A DNA stretch of 63,948 nt, counting the filler, from Dimargaris cristalligena (Eukaryota): the NCBI GenBank assembly GCA_003614675.1. It is 4 parts of 4 records of this genome, joined end to end, with 100 filler letters (N's around TTAATTAATTAA, not from the genome) between each part and the next. Parts side by side here need not be neighbours in the genome. Positions count along the whole stretch, not along the records: positions 33,145 to 49,614 come from ML002845.1; 3 more parts are not named here. One strand, written 5' to 3'. The translations under genes were made by a program, and so were the position numbers. Within the stretch, counting starts at the first letter, position 1; the number at the start of each line of letters is the position of its first letter. This document shows, piece by piece, positions 37,418 through 49,714 of this stretch. The notes beneath the pieces were generated by a model. It was not told the origin of the DNA. It saw nothing but the letters and a program-made list of their open reading frames with translations, and did no database searches.

Positions 37418-40400
37418 CTAGGGAGTCCACACATCCTGGCAGTAGCGACCCGCCGACTTCATTTGCAAAAGGTATTGTTCGGCGTTGGAGGCCGACATGC
37501 CGCCTTGGGTTTGGGCCATATCCTTAAGTACGGACCACACACCCGAATCCAGCTGAGTGGAGCCGCACACGTAAAGGTAGCCCAACTGACGGTGCCATAA
37601 ATCCCAGACGCGTTCGGCGTCGGCTTGGAGGCACTGTTGAACGTAGCTGCGGTAGAGGGCGTGTGGTGAAGGTTGGTGGTGGGGGGTTGCTAGATCTGAT
37701 TCGGATGAATCCGCGCGTGAGTAAGCCACAGCGTAGTGATCCAGGATTCCGGACCGTTGGTAACTATCCATTTCGTCGGCATACAAATGGTCCTCCGCGG
37801 GGTCGCGGCAGCCAAAGTAGAGGGCCATGGTGGACCGCCGACTGGTCGATTGCCATTCCGCAGAACGGGCCTGTAGGAACCCCCGGAACGGAGCGATACC
37901 GGATCCGGCGGCGATCATAATGACCGGTGCCTCTTGACTATACAATACAGGGGTGTCGATGGGCATGGGTGGTGGTGAAGCAACAACGGCCTTGCCCTCC
38001 ATCGATGATGGCGGCGGATTAATGAAAAAGGGTAACCGGAAGTGTAGGTTTTCCGAACGAACCCGCACCCAGAGTTGGGCTACTTGGTCCATGGAGGTCA
38101 GCCCCGCCAGGGGCGGGGTGGGGGCTAATCCGGCGAGGTAACCCGAGACTAGCCCAGGGTAGTGCTGCCCGTGGTGTTGGTCATTGATCACGGCCACGGT
38201 CAAATGGGCCTGGTAACAGCCGTCACTTTCGGCCAACCCGTCGCTGACTTCAGAAGCATGGCTACCTTCCTCCTCCGAGTCTGCCAAACGGTGGTGGCGC
38301 AGGCCCCGGGGTGAACTGGCTACGGAGTAGCGTCGCGGGGCCATACTGTGCAAATGGACCAACCATTCGGCCCAGCCGAACCCCAGTAAATGGGTTGTCC
38401 AATCCGCGGTTCCCACGAGCAGCTCGGCTGTCGTCCGGTACTGGGCCTGAAGGGCCTTGAGGGCCCGGGCCGTCTTGTCACTATCATCATGGCGGCTGCG
38501 ACCTAATTCCCGGAGGTGGGGGTGACGAGCCACAATATCTAGGTAATGTTGGGGCTTATCATCAGGTCCGGAGACCTGCGCAATGGCGTAGTAGAGCGAT
38601 TTGGGCGGGGCACCTAATAAATCGGCGAAATACACCAGGACGTCCCCCACGGTAGAAGTGGGCGGAATGGCCTTGATGAGGGAACGCATGGGCACATCCG
38701 TTCGTTGGGCATTGATCGGGGATACCGAGAAACCCTGGTGGAGGTCTAAGCCCAGGGCGTGGGCCACTTCCCCCACAGCGTTCAGTGGGTTCTGCGGCGC
38801 TAATTCGATATGATCCCCCGCTTCGTACGGGCAGGGCGAGGTGGTCTGAAGTTCAATGTGCCGGGTGCTCCGTCGGGTATCTGGTGGAGTGGAGGTAGGA
38901 TAATGGCGCAGTTCGTGGTTGGCAGTCACAAAAGCCGGGGTGTACCCTTGTTCCAGGAGGATTTGCTCGGTTGAAGATGCTACAGCGGAGCTACTGGAAG
39001 GACTGGAGACCTCGGCGATGATATTGGTGGTGGTGAGTATGGAATTAGAGGGAACTTCCGTAGCTTGGTGGACCAGCACATCGGAGAGGAATTCCAAATC
39101 AAGGGCTGTTTGGAGCTCCTGACCCCTCAAATCCGAGAGGTGTGGCTGGGACTGCGTCTTCACGTTCTTACCCGATGGCGACGTCAGGGATACATCAGGA
39201 ACGGGTGCCCCGATGCGGGGAGCCACGTTCAATTTCATAAACAAATGCGTGGCCAATTCCGCCGACCATTCCGAAAATATCTGATCGGTATCTTCCTTAT
39301 CGGAGTCACATTGGCCCAGCGGAAAGACGGAGGTTGCCCCCAGGTGTTTGAGGCTGTCTTGGATCAATTTCGGGAAAGCCTGGAAAGTCACCCACTGGCT
39401 GTTACCACAGCCGAAAGCGGCAAAACGGAGGTGGCTGAAGGGCAACCGGAAGGACCGGGCCTGGCGGACACTGCCATCCTGGTCAGACTCGGAATCCGGA
39501 TCCGTTTCCAAGGAGTTGAGGCGAGTGGTGGAACCCGAATCCGATCCCAAACCGGATAGCGAATTCGCCGTCGATGACGTACTGGTCTTGACCATTCGTT
39601 GGAGGTAGGCTTCTAGCTTAACCCCATTATCGGGAGCGAAGCCGTTGTAAGTACTCGTGAGGAACACCGTGAAATGGCGGTCGGACCGCGCGTGACTGCC
39701 CGTGCGGACGGGTTCTCCCTCAGCCGTAAAATTGAGGGGATCCTGCAGCCAGTCATCCAAGCCCTGTAACTGCACGATTTCACACCCCAAGTAAGCCAGC
39801 TGGGCGCCCAGTTGGCGGGCGTACTCTTCACACATGCCCATGTTCGAACCGAAGAGCAGCGAGAATTGGGGCATGGGCGGGAGAGGCGCCGACGGTGCCT
39901 TCATCATGGTGGGCGGTAGCACCAAATGACTCAACTTACTGGCCAGGAACATATACGACTGGCTTGAAATTTGCTTAATGAGCGACCCCGCTGAAAATGT
40001 CGAAGATGCGCGCCGTTGCATTACCCGCCCGGAGGCATCGGTGGATTGCCACCACGGTTTACTCGTGTCCCGGTGGTGTACGGACATGCGCAGGCCCATT
40101 GGTTTCAGGGTAATCCCCTTCGGGTCCCAGGGTACGGGCGTGGTATTAAGATTTCGGAACTCGAATTTGCGCAACATATAAGCCAGCACGATTTTCATTT
40201 CCTGCAGCGCGAATTGGAGGCCGATGCAGGACCGCGGGCCGGTGGAAAAGGGCATCCAGGCATAAGGGTGCCGTTGGGACACTGCTTCGGGGGTGAAGTG
40301 GTCGGGGTTGAACTGATCGGGGGTTGGGCCCCAATGGTCGGGGTTGCGGTGCAGACCGTAGGTGTGGACCTGGCAGGTGGTGCCCGCGTGACACTCGAAA

Positions 40401-41815
40401 CCGCCGGGCAATACGGCATCCTGCACGCAGTCCTTGACCAACAGGAAAATTGGTGGGTACAGCCGCATCGTTTCCTTAATGCACTGGGTGAGATAAGGTA
40501 ATTTGGCAATCTGCTGCGACGTGGGCTGGCCGTTATCGGGCAACTCGGCGTCGTCGATTTCGCGGAGCACGCGGCGCATGATTTTCGGGTGTTGGTTCAG
40601 CAAATAGAGGCACCAGCCCAGGGTGTTACTGGTGGTTTCGTGGCCCGCAATGAGGAAGGTAATCACTTGGTCACGGATGTTGATGTCATCAATGTACCGT
40701 TTTCCCCCGGCTTCGTCAATGTCGTAGGCATTCAACATGTATCCCAGGATATCCTTCCGCATGGTCGATTCCAGTTCCGGGGCCTGGCGCCGATCAGAAA
40801 CCACTTGGTCCACCGTGTCGGTCATGAGTTTGACCTTGGCCTGAAACTCGTAATTGCGGCGCAGCGGCAAGTGCTTCCAATAAGGGGTCAATACCATCCG
40901 GCTTAGACACTCGGATAGGGTAAAGTTAATGGCGTCGACAAACGGGTGGCTGGCCAGTTCGGGGGAATCCAGCAGATTGAAATTGTACCCGAATCCGACC
41001 CGGGCAATCGTTTCGAGGGCAATATTCGTGGTCCAGTGGGAAATATCCACTTCCGCATTCTGATCGGCAAAGGTTTCGAAAATACGGACGGCGTCACAGG
41101 CGATTTCGGCCATTTGATTAATGTAAATCCGCATGGCACTGGCCGAAAAAGCGGGAATAAGCAACTTATGGGCTAAACGCCAATGGTCGGTATCCGTATC
41201 ACTGGTGAATAATCCATTGCCGGCAACCGCCTGCAATTCGGCGAACGGATACACAATGCGTTTTTTAAAGTACACGCCCTCGGTCAGGAAATGTTCGGCC
41301 ACGACGGGATCACTGGTCAACACAATACGGGCGCCCATTAAACTAAGCGACACCAGATGGTTGTATTCGAGTAGGACGCGGTGCTCGTCCGCGACGAGAT
41401 CATTCATGAAGACGTTCAGGTTACCCACCAGGGGGTAGGGCTTGGGACCGGGGATGGGGCGGCGAATGCAAGTCTCTTCAATATAGACGATGATTTCACA
41501 CTGGATTTGGGCCCACGTGGTGAGTGGATCACCCAAGGCGGTACAGAAACGAACGTCACCAATGGGGGAGAGGTGGAGACAGGCGCGGGCGAGGTCGATG
41601 AACTGGTCGAGGGTTTCGATGGCCTGAACCGATAGAATTACCCCGTCCTTGTCCTCGCGACCACCCTGTGGAACGAGCACGATGATGGGGCGACCGGTAT
41701 GGACAGGACGGGGCGTGGGGTCGGCGGCCCCCCTGACTTTGTCAATTGTGTGGGTGAGCTCCGAAAAGCCATTTAATCCCACCGGGGAGGCTAAAGGGCC
41801 CGTGTGAAAATTCAT
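37418..41815 (-). CDS. Self-sufficient cytochrome P450 / NADPH-P450 reductase fusion (CYP102/CYP505-type architecture), intronless, 1465 aa
   Basis: P450 part: AGHETT, ETMR, FSTGPRSCIG. FMN domain: GSNMGMCE, TSTYNG, FGCGNSQW. FAD/NADPH domain: RRYSVASS, G.VSGYL, AGSGIAPFRGF, LYFGCR, YVQ, YVCG, DVW. Confidence 0.95.
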   Translation of the reverse strand: MNFHTGPLASPVGLNGFSELTHTIDKVRGAADPTPRPVHTGRPIIVLVPQGGREDKDGVILSVQAIETLDQFIDLARACLHLSPIGDVRFCTALGDPLTTWAQIQCEIIVYIEETCIRRPIPGPKPYPLVGNLNVFMNDLVADEHRVLLEYNHLVSLSLMGARIVLTSDPVVAEHFLTEGVYFKKRIVYPFAELQAVAGNGLFTSDTDTDHWRLAHKLLIPAFSASAMRIYINQMAEIACDAVRIFETFADQNAEVDISHWTTNIALETIARVGFGYNFNLLDSPELASHPFVDAINFTLSECLSRMVLTPYWKHLPLRRNYEFQAKVKLMTDTVDQVVSDRRQAPELESTMRKDILGYMLNAYDIDEAGGKRYIDDINIRDQVITFLIAGHETTSNTLGWCLYLLNQHPKIMRRVLREIDDAELPDNGQPTSQQIAKLPYLTQCIKETMRLYPPIFLLVKDCVQDAVLPGGFECHAGTTCQVHTYGLHRNPDHWGPTPDQFNPDHFTPEAVSQRHPYAWMPFSTGPRSCIGLQFALQEMKIVLAYMLRKFEFRNLNTTPVPWDPKGITLKPMGLRMSVHHRDTSKPWWQSTDASGRVMQRRASSTFSAGSLIKQISSQSYMFLASKLSHLVLPPTMMKAPSAPLPPMPQFSLLFGSNMGMCEEYARQLGAQLAYLGCEIVQLQGLDDWLQDPLNFTAEGEPVRTGSHARSDRHFTVFLTSTYNGFAPDNGVKLEAYLQRMVKTSTSSTANSLSGLGSDSGSTTRLNSLETDPDSESDQDGSVRQARSFRLPFSHLRFAAFGCGNSQWVTFQAFPKLIQDSLKHLGATSVFPLGQCDSDKEDTDQIFSEWSAELATHLFMKLNVAPRIGAPVPDVSLTSPSGKNVKTQSQPHLSDLRGQELQTALDLEFLSDVLVHQATEVPSNSILTTTNIIAEVSSPSSSSAVASSTEQILLEQGYTPAFVTANHELRHYPTSTPPDTRRSTRHIELQTTSPCPYEAGDHIELAPQNPLNAVGEVAHALGLDLHQGFSVSPINAQRTDVPMRSLIKAIPPTSTVGDVLVYFADLLGAPPKSLYYAIAQVSGPDDKPQHYLDIVARHPHLRELGRSRHDDSDKTARALKALQAQYRTTAELLVGTADWTTHLLGFGWAEWLVHLHSMAPRRYSVASSPRGLRHHRLADSEEEGSHASEVSDGLAESDGCYQAHLTVAVINDQHHGQHYPGLVSGYLAGLAPTPPLAGLTSMDQVAQLWVRVRSENLHFRLPFFINPPPSSMEGKAVVASPPPMPIDTPVLYSQEAPVIMIAAGSGIAPFRGFLQARSAEWQSTSRRSTMALYFGCRDPAEDHLYADEMDSYQRSGILDHYAVAYSRADSSESDLATPHHQPSPHALYRSYVQQCLQADAERVWDLWHRQLGYLYVCGSTQLDSGVWSVLKDMAQTQGGMSASNAEQYLLQMKSAGRYCQDVWTP

Positions 41816-44800
41816 TGGATAAACCTATTAGGGGGGCTGGTGGTGGTGGTTAATAAATGACAGTGATTGTGATCAAATGGTACCACGCAGGGGGGTGAGA
41901 CTATGAAACAGTCGAGTAACAGACTGGGCCAATGGTGACTAAAAGAGACGGCAGCTAGGAAAGATCAGCTGACAAACTAGAAAATGAGAGAGGAAAAAGA
42001 AGGGAGGCAAAGAAAGAGAGAAAGGGGCCAGTGAAGTGAGCACGCCCGCCAACAATATCCGCAAGGTAACCTCAGCGGGTTACTCTAAACCTCAAAGGGG
42101 GCTGCTTTAGGATTGAAGGGTGCAGGTGCCTTGTATTTAAAGCAAGTCCAGGAAAAAGCCGGAAATGAGCTCGAATACAACTACTTTAAGGTAATTGGAG
42201 GAAGCAATGATAGGCAGATAGTACAGAGATGTACAGCGAAACCGAGATGAATGAAAGGACAGGCCGAAAATCGGTAAATATAGTGGTGATTGCTATGCAG
42301 GGACTCGCTGAACGATACCAATATGTACTGGATTATCTTAGGCTGATAATAAATAGGGAGGGGGTCCTGTAGAACCGAACAAGCAGGTTTTAGTCGACAG
42401 TGACCACAACCCCGAGAATGCAATACTATTGGTGAAATACAGGAACAGATTAAATACGATTACAGTGGTGTTTAAGAAGGAGAGTTTGGATACCAACGAT
42501 CCATTGGGCAGTTAATTAGACCAAGCCGACCGTGGTGCGGACAAGTTCAAAAAAATAGGGATTAATTTAGATTGTTTTATATAGAGAAAGTACCGCAATC
42601 GATACCTTGAAATAAGAGAAAGGGGAGGGAGGCCATGGAAAGGGGAAAACAACACACCAATAACCAATCTGTACTGATTAGAGTAAGGAGGTGGGGCGAA
42701 CCTGCCGCTTTTATAGTTGGTTACAGCCGTTCCAACCCAGAATGCCATACGAAGATGTACAGTCGGTGCAAAAAAAACACATCTGGTATGACAGCATTCC
42801 ATTCACCCAAATAGATCCATAAACGGAGGCAAAAAAGGAGAGGAATAGGGGGAGTCTGGCTAAATTAATTGGCCAATGTCACAAGGGGGATGTACAATAA
42901 AGAAGGGGGTTCTAAAGTGGGGAGGGTGAGAGAACTGCTTTGGTCGGTGCAAGGTGGCAATGAAAAGCTGCGCCGGTATGTGATCAAGGGCTTGAGTGCC
43001 CATGGGTGTAACGCCAGACAAATGGCCGCGGCACAACTTGGTCTTTATTTACTGTGTTTCGCAGCCCCCTTCTCCCTCTCTTTTTACTCCTTGTTGCCGG
43101 CTCCGTAGAGTTCCGAGTTGTGCTTTACGGCGCAGTTAAGTTCACCCCTTACTTGGCCGATTTTTTCCTAAACCCGCACGGATTAAAGGATTGGCAATCA
43201 GGGTCTCCGTCCTCACGTATTCGGTCTTTCCTCTCACTCTCCTCTCATCTCCTCCCCTGACTATCAACCACAGATTCGGTCAGCCCTTGCTACGCATTGC
43301 AAATTTCTCCTAGTGTGCCGCCGATTGCCGCATATCCATAATAGAGTGGGCCTTTGGACTAATGTGTCGATGGGGGAATCCTTTAGCAAATAAGGCCAAT
43401 TATCAACTTGCGTATGCTTTGCACTATTGCCATCCCTTTTATTTTTATACATTCTGTTTAAAAATAAGGATGGTAAAAGGGGTGGCTGGGTAGAATATCG
43501 TAGAGAGTCACCGGAAACGCGTCTCCAAACGTAAATCCCTAAACTAGCCTAGCTCTGCAGCATTGGTGGTTGATGATTTACTATTATACAACATGAAGTA
43601 ACAACCAGTTTCTCTGGACCCCACACTCATCCCCTCCAATCCTACTTGCCCAAATACGGAAGATACCTCATCGGGCCTTTGATTTTGATATGCCCCTATC
43701 CGGTGGCTATCACCTACCACCCTACAACCCCGGTTTACATCCCTATGCCCCCCCCATTCACCCACCCCCGTTTCCGTCGCTGCGTCCGTCAACTCTGAGG
43801 CTACAAAGAGAGTCGGTTTAGTCCACCACCACGCCACTTTCTCCTGGTGATGTCTTTATCGTTTATTCGAGCGGATGAAGTCCCTCGAGTTCGCATCCAC
43901 GGAGTCAACCACATGTTCCGATTGGCCATGTTCAAAGTCAATCACCTAACAGTTCACCCATCCCTACCCCAACGCACTCTGCGAAGCCCGCCGTGGTAGT
44001 TCTCTGCTTAATCAACTTGGTCGCGGCTACTTCATTGTGTAGCTTACTCCGGTTTATTCAGAACTCACTAAATGGAGGACAGCCGCCAAACTCCAAAAAA
44101 ACAACAACTAGTTGCTTCCAATAACCTAATAACTGAACGAAGGAAGGGGGGCTGGCTCTTTCACTCTCATATGGTACGACCCACTTTTATCCTCCAGCGA
44201 ACGGCCGGTTATACTCAGGCCATTAATTTGGTCGCATTGGGCAGTTTTTCCTATAACAGGCTTCCAAAACACCGATTTGCCTGCCCCGGTTGCACCGACG
44301 ACCAACGGGCAGGCAATGGCGATGGCTGGCCTATCTGGTCTACTCAAAGTCCAAGGTAAAGTGGAGAAAACTTAGTTCAGAGGTCCCTAAAGACAAATTT
44401 GGCGAGGGGGGGGCTCAATACACGCCTCAGTGACGGGTATTTCAATCTGTGATTAGCAAGTACAGGGTCCAATGCATGTTTTATCTATGAATATGTCGTA
44501 GTGAATGGGGGCATTAGCAAACAAATTCGCACCCTCAGTGACTGGGCCATTCTCTACCTATTAATTATGAATTATTCGAAAAGTGGTGGAAGGCAACTAG
44601 TAGCGCGAAGCACAATACTATACGGACAGAATGGAGAGTGGCCAGTGTCCCACTGAATAAACTCTGTATTATAATTATGTATTTACCACGGGGTATAACC
44701 CCAAGCCAGCACTACGGGCTATAGCAATCTATCCTTTTCGGTAGGTTCGTTGGTGTTACAAGTATAAGGACAGCCCGTATTTTCCCTTACTTGGTTTTTT

Positions 44801-47800
44801 CTGTTCTTTCTCATTGGTGACCACCATTGGGGGTCTGGCTTTGGAAGGCTTCCGGTATATTTTTGTAAGCCAAACCTACCTATGAGATATAAAAATAAGC
44901 AATTTAGAGAGCAAGGGAACGCAAGAGGAGGTATGCATGTGGGAATATATTTCGTGGATTTGTCCAGAGTCTGAAATTTCCGATAAGGGTTCATTCCAAA
45001 GGGCGGTTCTCTGTTGGCAGGGCTTAATTAAATTAGTCGACAAGATTTCCGGGAGTTGCGAGTGCAGCGGTATATCGTATGTGATTTGCATTGCGGAAGA
45101 CTCGCCAGTTTAATAAAAGCGACGCTGATGGGAACATGCCAAGTCATTATATTGCATCATCCCGGTTATAAATGGTTCCGAATGTACGACCCTAGTAATT
45201 CCACGAAGCATCCCCTCGCGCCTCATTTTTTGAACAGCTGGGATTACTGGATCCGTCCAGTGAATTGGAACCGGCTTGATTCACTGCCATAATTTGCGAT
45301 AAAAAGACGAATATTAGGGATCACCGCGCCACAGTAGGTTCCTTGATAGGTAAATTGAGGGGTCTGGAGGCTCAAGCTAGCCCGCCCAAGTAGAAAGGCC
45401 CTAGGTTCCTATTATGGATCTAAACGGTTCCAATGACTGACTAGACCAAGCTGCTTATTTACGCGAGACTTGGTTGCTTAGTCAACATCATCCTGTCCTC
45501 TAAGGCATCTCAAAGCCACAAAGAACTAGTTGTCTTATGATTTAGTGGGAATCTGAATCTCCATCAGCTGTTCCATGTTGGTAAATAGAGCGTTAGGTGG
45601 TCGGGCATTTGGAACAGTCGTTGCAGATGCCACCACTACAAACCTTTTTTTCACCCGCCCCATTTTCATACAACTCCCCAACCACAACGCCTTTGCCGGG
45701 TAAAGGCCATTCGCCCAACCCGCCATGTAAGCCTGATCCGATTACATAATAGATGATCCCAAGTGCCATAATTATAATAGCTATTCAAGGAGAGGTGCCC
45801 ATGCCTGCCATATCCCCATTTTTAATAAAGCAAATATCCAGCGCCACTTTCCGTGCCCTCTGTCCTTTTTCATCCGTCCTTCTCGGGCGTCTAAACAAAT
45901 AAGATCAGCCCGAGGAACCGATGTTCAATTCACTATCCCCATTAGCGCGACCCTTATACCGGCTATCCCGTTTTCCCCCGAGCCGAAATCCGTCGCCAGC
46001 AACACCCGTTTAATTATGCCTAATGAAGCCCGAATTCCAATCCCAACTAGTTCAACAAAGAGCCGTAGGCGAGAATAGAATAAATTGCCCAAGGTAGCAT
46101 TCGCAACTAACCGTTCGTCTCTATCCACGTACATGTAGACCCGCCTTAAAGCACTAGAACATTAAACCGGTTAGCGATAAGAGTACGATATATTCAACAA
46201 AGACGAGTCAGCCGACCCGTGGAACCCCCCTTGCTGTTTTGCTACATGATATTGTTCACTTCCCTCCTAGTCACACTATTCCCCACGCGTTGATTAGAGG
46301 GGGATATATCATATTACGGTAGCCCACCTTCTTTTGGTAACCTATAGGATTGGTAAAAAGTGAAAGTACCCAGGTCTCGAGTGGAATGGTGGGAACCGCA
46401 ACAGAAAAAAACGGCTATGTTTCATTATGTTCGTAAAAACATTAGAGCTCACATGGTCTCTCTGCGGTGGCCCCGTAAACGTAATCACCATGCTGATCGT
46501 CGCTAGGGCCATCTATACCCCAAAATGCTAGGATGGAAAAAGAACCGCGTCCAATCCAATGTACAGGGGGCATATGGCCTAGAGTCCGGGGAAAGGAGTT
46601 TAGGGAGTACCCCCATTAAATCAACCCATTACAGGGCGACAACGACGGGGAAGCCACTCTTTATGGGGTGTTTCCACTCGGCTGGGCATTGGACATCCCC
46701 TAAAACGCCGCTAATTATATTAGCCAGGCCTCCGTAATGCCAGGGTCCCCTTACCAGCCCGTATGTCAATAATAGAACGGTGGACATTTATGTAAAAGAG
46801 TTTCAGCCCAAGGGAAAATCCTGAATAAGGATATGGGCCGTGATGCCTACTGGGGCAGTGCAGACCCAAGCGAGGAATGGGGGTAGTGGTGGTGGTAAGT
46901 GACGAAGACATACCGCTCTTCACCGGAAGATGAGTTGGTGGCCGGCGTTGTGTATAATCAATAACATGGGCGCACCACAGAGAATCCCTTGGTTCGCCCT
47001 CCGCCTTCTCTTTGGTAAAAGGGTCAGAGCCATTACACCGGTTGTCTCGAGAACGCCGCTTTGCTGACCCGCTTAGTATCCATGAAGCCCTCCTCCCCCC
47101 AGTCCGCTTCAAACCCCCGTCTGTATTGTAGGGGAGTGGCTTTTAACAAGAAGGCAGTATTCCGATTAAAGCAATCGCGGTCGGCCCACTGGACCTCGAA
47201 TATACAGCATTATTGCGGCAGTTCTGACGAATGGGCAGTACGAGGCCAGATCATCATCCACTCCCCAATTAGGTATGGAATCCATCACGTGACTGGATAT
47301 CTGGGTGGATAAAAAAAGGCGAGTTTTTTGGAGAGTGGAGAAGCTTGGGAGTGTTGAAGCGGCAGAAGAGATTCCATTAATGTGGCTCGGCTCATTTTTT
47401 TCTTTCTAATTTTAATAGTCGTTATTGATGGATGCAACTAATATACCGTATATTAGGATCAATTAGCCACCGTAAAAAATACGGCCCAGACGACTAGGAA
47501 AAAAGGCCGAGCTGGATTCTCTGTAAGTAACCTGCCGCAACGCTTGGCTTCGTTCGCTCTTCGTTTGCCCTTTCGTCCACATTCTTTGACTCTTATTTGT
47601 TCTGGACTTGCGGGACACTCCGTCGTTCGTAGACTTTCTTATTTACTCAAAGCCTGGATTCTCCCCGTGCCTCGGCAGCGGTTGAACTCTTCCCAGCCGT
47701 CAATCGCGTTAGCGCGCTCCATCTAACTATAGTTCAGAGCGGCTTCTTCTGTGGTATCCTTTCTATTTTCTACCGATTCAAGTCCAGTTGAATCCCGTAC

Positions 47801-47831
47801 GACCAGCTATCTAGCCCGCCTTTTTTTCCCA

Positions 47832-49614
47832 ATGACGAATCAGGCCAAACTCGAGCGTCCCAGCTCGCTCACTCAAATCACCAATAGCACCCCCGTGTTT
47901 CAACTGGTGCAGGTGCCCTACTCAGCCCAGGGCGATGGGTCGGACCTACCGGGGAGAAAACATCCCTACCTGGCTACCTTAATGCCCGTCTCGGCCGTGG
48001 CCCCGACCGTCGTGCACGCCCATATGCGCCTGGGAACCGCCACTTCCCCCTCCGAAAACCCGACGTCCGCCCTCCATTGCGGGAAGCGCCGCCGGGGTCC
48101 CCTGCCCGGGCAGCTGGAAGTGGCCCGGTCCGTACAGGACCTGCTACTCGTTGCTACCCAGAACAGCGGCGTGGAAATGTTCAAAGTGGGCCACTTTGCC
48201 AGTCTCCAGTCCTGGACCTTCCCCGCACGTACTTGCCTGGCCGCCCCGCCCCGTTATTTCGTACACTACCAAACTCTGGGTGCGCAGGAGGCGGCCGAGG
48301 CGGATAGGGATAGTAGCGCTAATATCCCCCGCATCCCTTTGCCCGATAATCCCCGCGCCCCCGGCCTAGTGGATCATCCGGCCCATTGGGTCTATGCCGT
48401 GATTCAGGCCAGTGAGGATTCGGATCCCGCCTGGGCGGGCCGGGAGGTTTGGGTATGGGACGGGTCGGTGGATCGTCGTCAGTCGGCGGCCTTGGAATTA
48501 CCGTCGGCTACTACTGAATCGACGACCCCCAAGCCGTTGGCCTATCGCGTGGGCCAGCGGTATCCCGTAGAGGCCAAGAAGTCCAATGCGCTCGCGCCGG
48601 AGAAGGTCGCTAAGCCGGCCTCGGCCGCGATTGCCGTTCAGGTCCCGAAGGCCAAGGCCGCCGAGCCATCGGCAGCCTCCGCCCCGGCCACCGCTGATAC
48701 GTCTGCTTCTCTGCGGCCCCCGGCTTTTGCCCAGCGGTTCGTGGTACAGTCGGATTACACCGTCCAAGCCCTGCATACCACGTCATCTTTGCACGGCCAC
48801 ATTGCCCTGGTATACCAGAACGGCTTAGTTGACCTCTTGGCCGCCGATTTAGGTACTACCCTGGCTACCTACCGCCTGGCTGAGGATCAGCCTGCGGCTT
48901 CGTCGACCGAAATTCACGTTATCTGGTCCGCCGTGGTGGATCTTCAAGATGCTGAGACTACTCTCCAATGCCCCTGGACGCAAAACACTGACACTACTGC
49001 TCTGTGGCAGCTCGTGCAAACTATCACCCACCCCGGGGCCCAGCCCACCCTGGCGCTGCGTTTCTTCTTGATTGGCGATGCGGACCCTACCGAAGCTGAT
49101 GCCAAACCAGTGGGTCCCACTATTACTTTAATCGGGGAATGCCCGATTCCGAGCACTCCCAAATCCGCCGAGGTCGCTGGATCCGTTCTCCCCTTGGGCG
49201 TCTCTCTGGCCCAGGACGGCTCCCTGCTTCACATTCTTGATGCTGCGGGCGTTTGGTCCAACTACCGCCTGAAGTTCGATGAGCACCTCATCGGTAAGCT
49301 CCGGGCTATCCCAGGGAATCCCGTGCCGCTCAATCACCTGAGCCCCTGGCAGCAGCGGGCCCGCCTTCTAACAACTGCCCGCGACGATCCGGACCGGCAA
49401 TCCAAGCCCCTCCAGATTTACCCCGCCTGCTTGGACTCCCGTCAGGTTATTGCCCTTCCCGGTGGTTATACCGCCATCATTGGTGAAGTTCCCTCCACCG
49501 TCCCGGTACAGGCCACCCCTTCGGATGAATCACCGGCGGATGCCCTCAGCATATCACCGAAGACTTATCGCACCTACTCTCTAACCGTATGGGATACTTC
49601 CTATTCCACACTGC
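47832..49614 (+). CDS. NOL11/Utp8-like SSU processome protein, 3'-truncated at the contig end
   Basis: LLVATQNSGVEMFKV...LQSWTFP..TCLAAPP and LTVWDTSYSTL(Q) resemble conserved NOL11/Utp8 beta-propeller segments. Long open frame of about 594 codons. Confidence 0.65.
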
Positions 49615-49714
49615 NNNNNNNNNNNNNNNNNNNNNNNNNNNNNNNNNNNNNNNNNNNNTTAATTAATTAANNNNNNNNNNNNNNNNNNNNNNNNNNNNNN
49701 NNNNNNNNNNNNNN
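49615..49714. other. Artificial contig linker
   Basis: 44N-TTAATTAATTAA-44N. Confidence 0.97.

Noticed and set aside
43590-44360. Coding-looking + strand stretch with a faint F-box-like pattern
   Set aside because: Multiple stops, no coherent frame, and similarity too weak to call.
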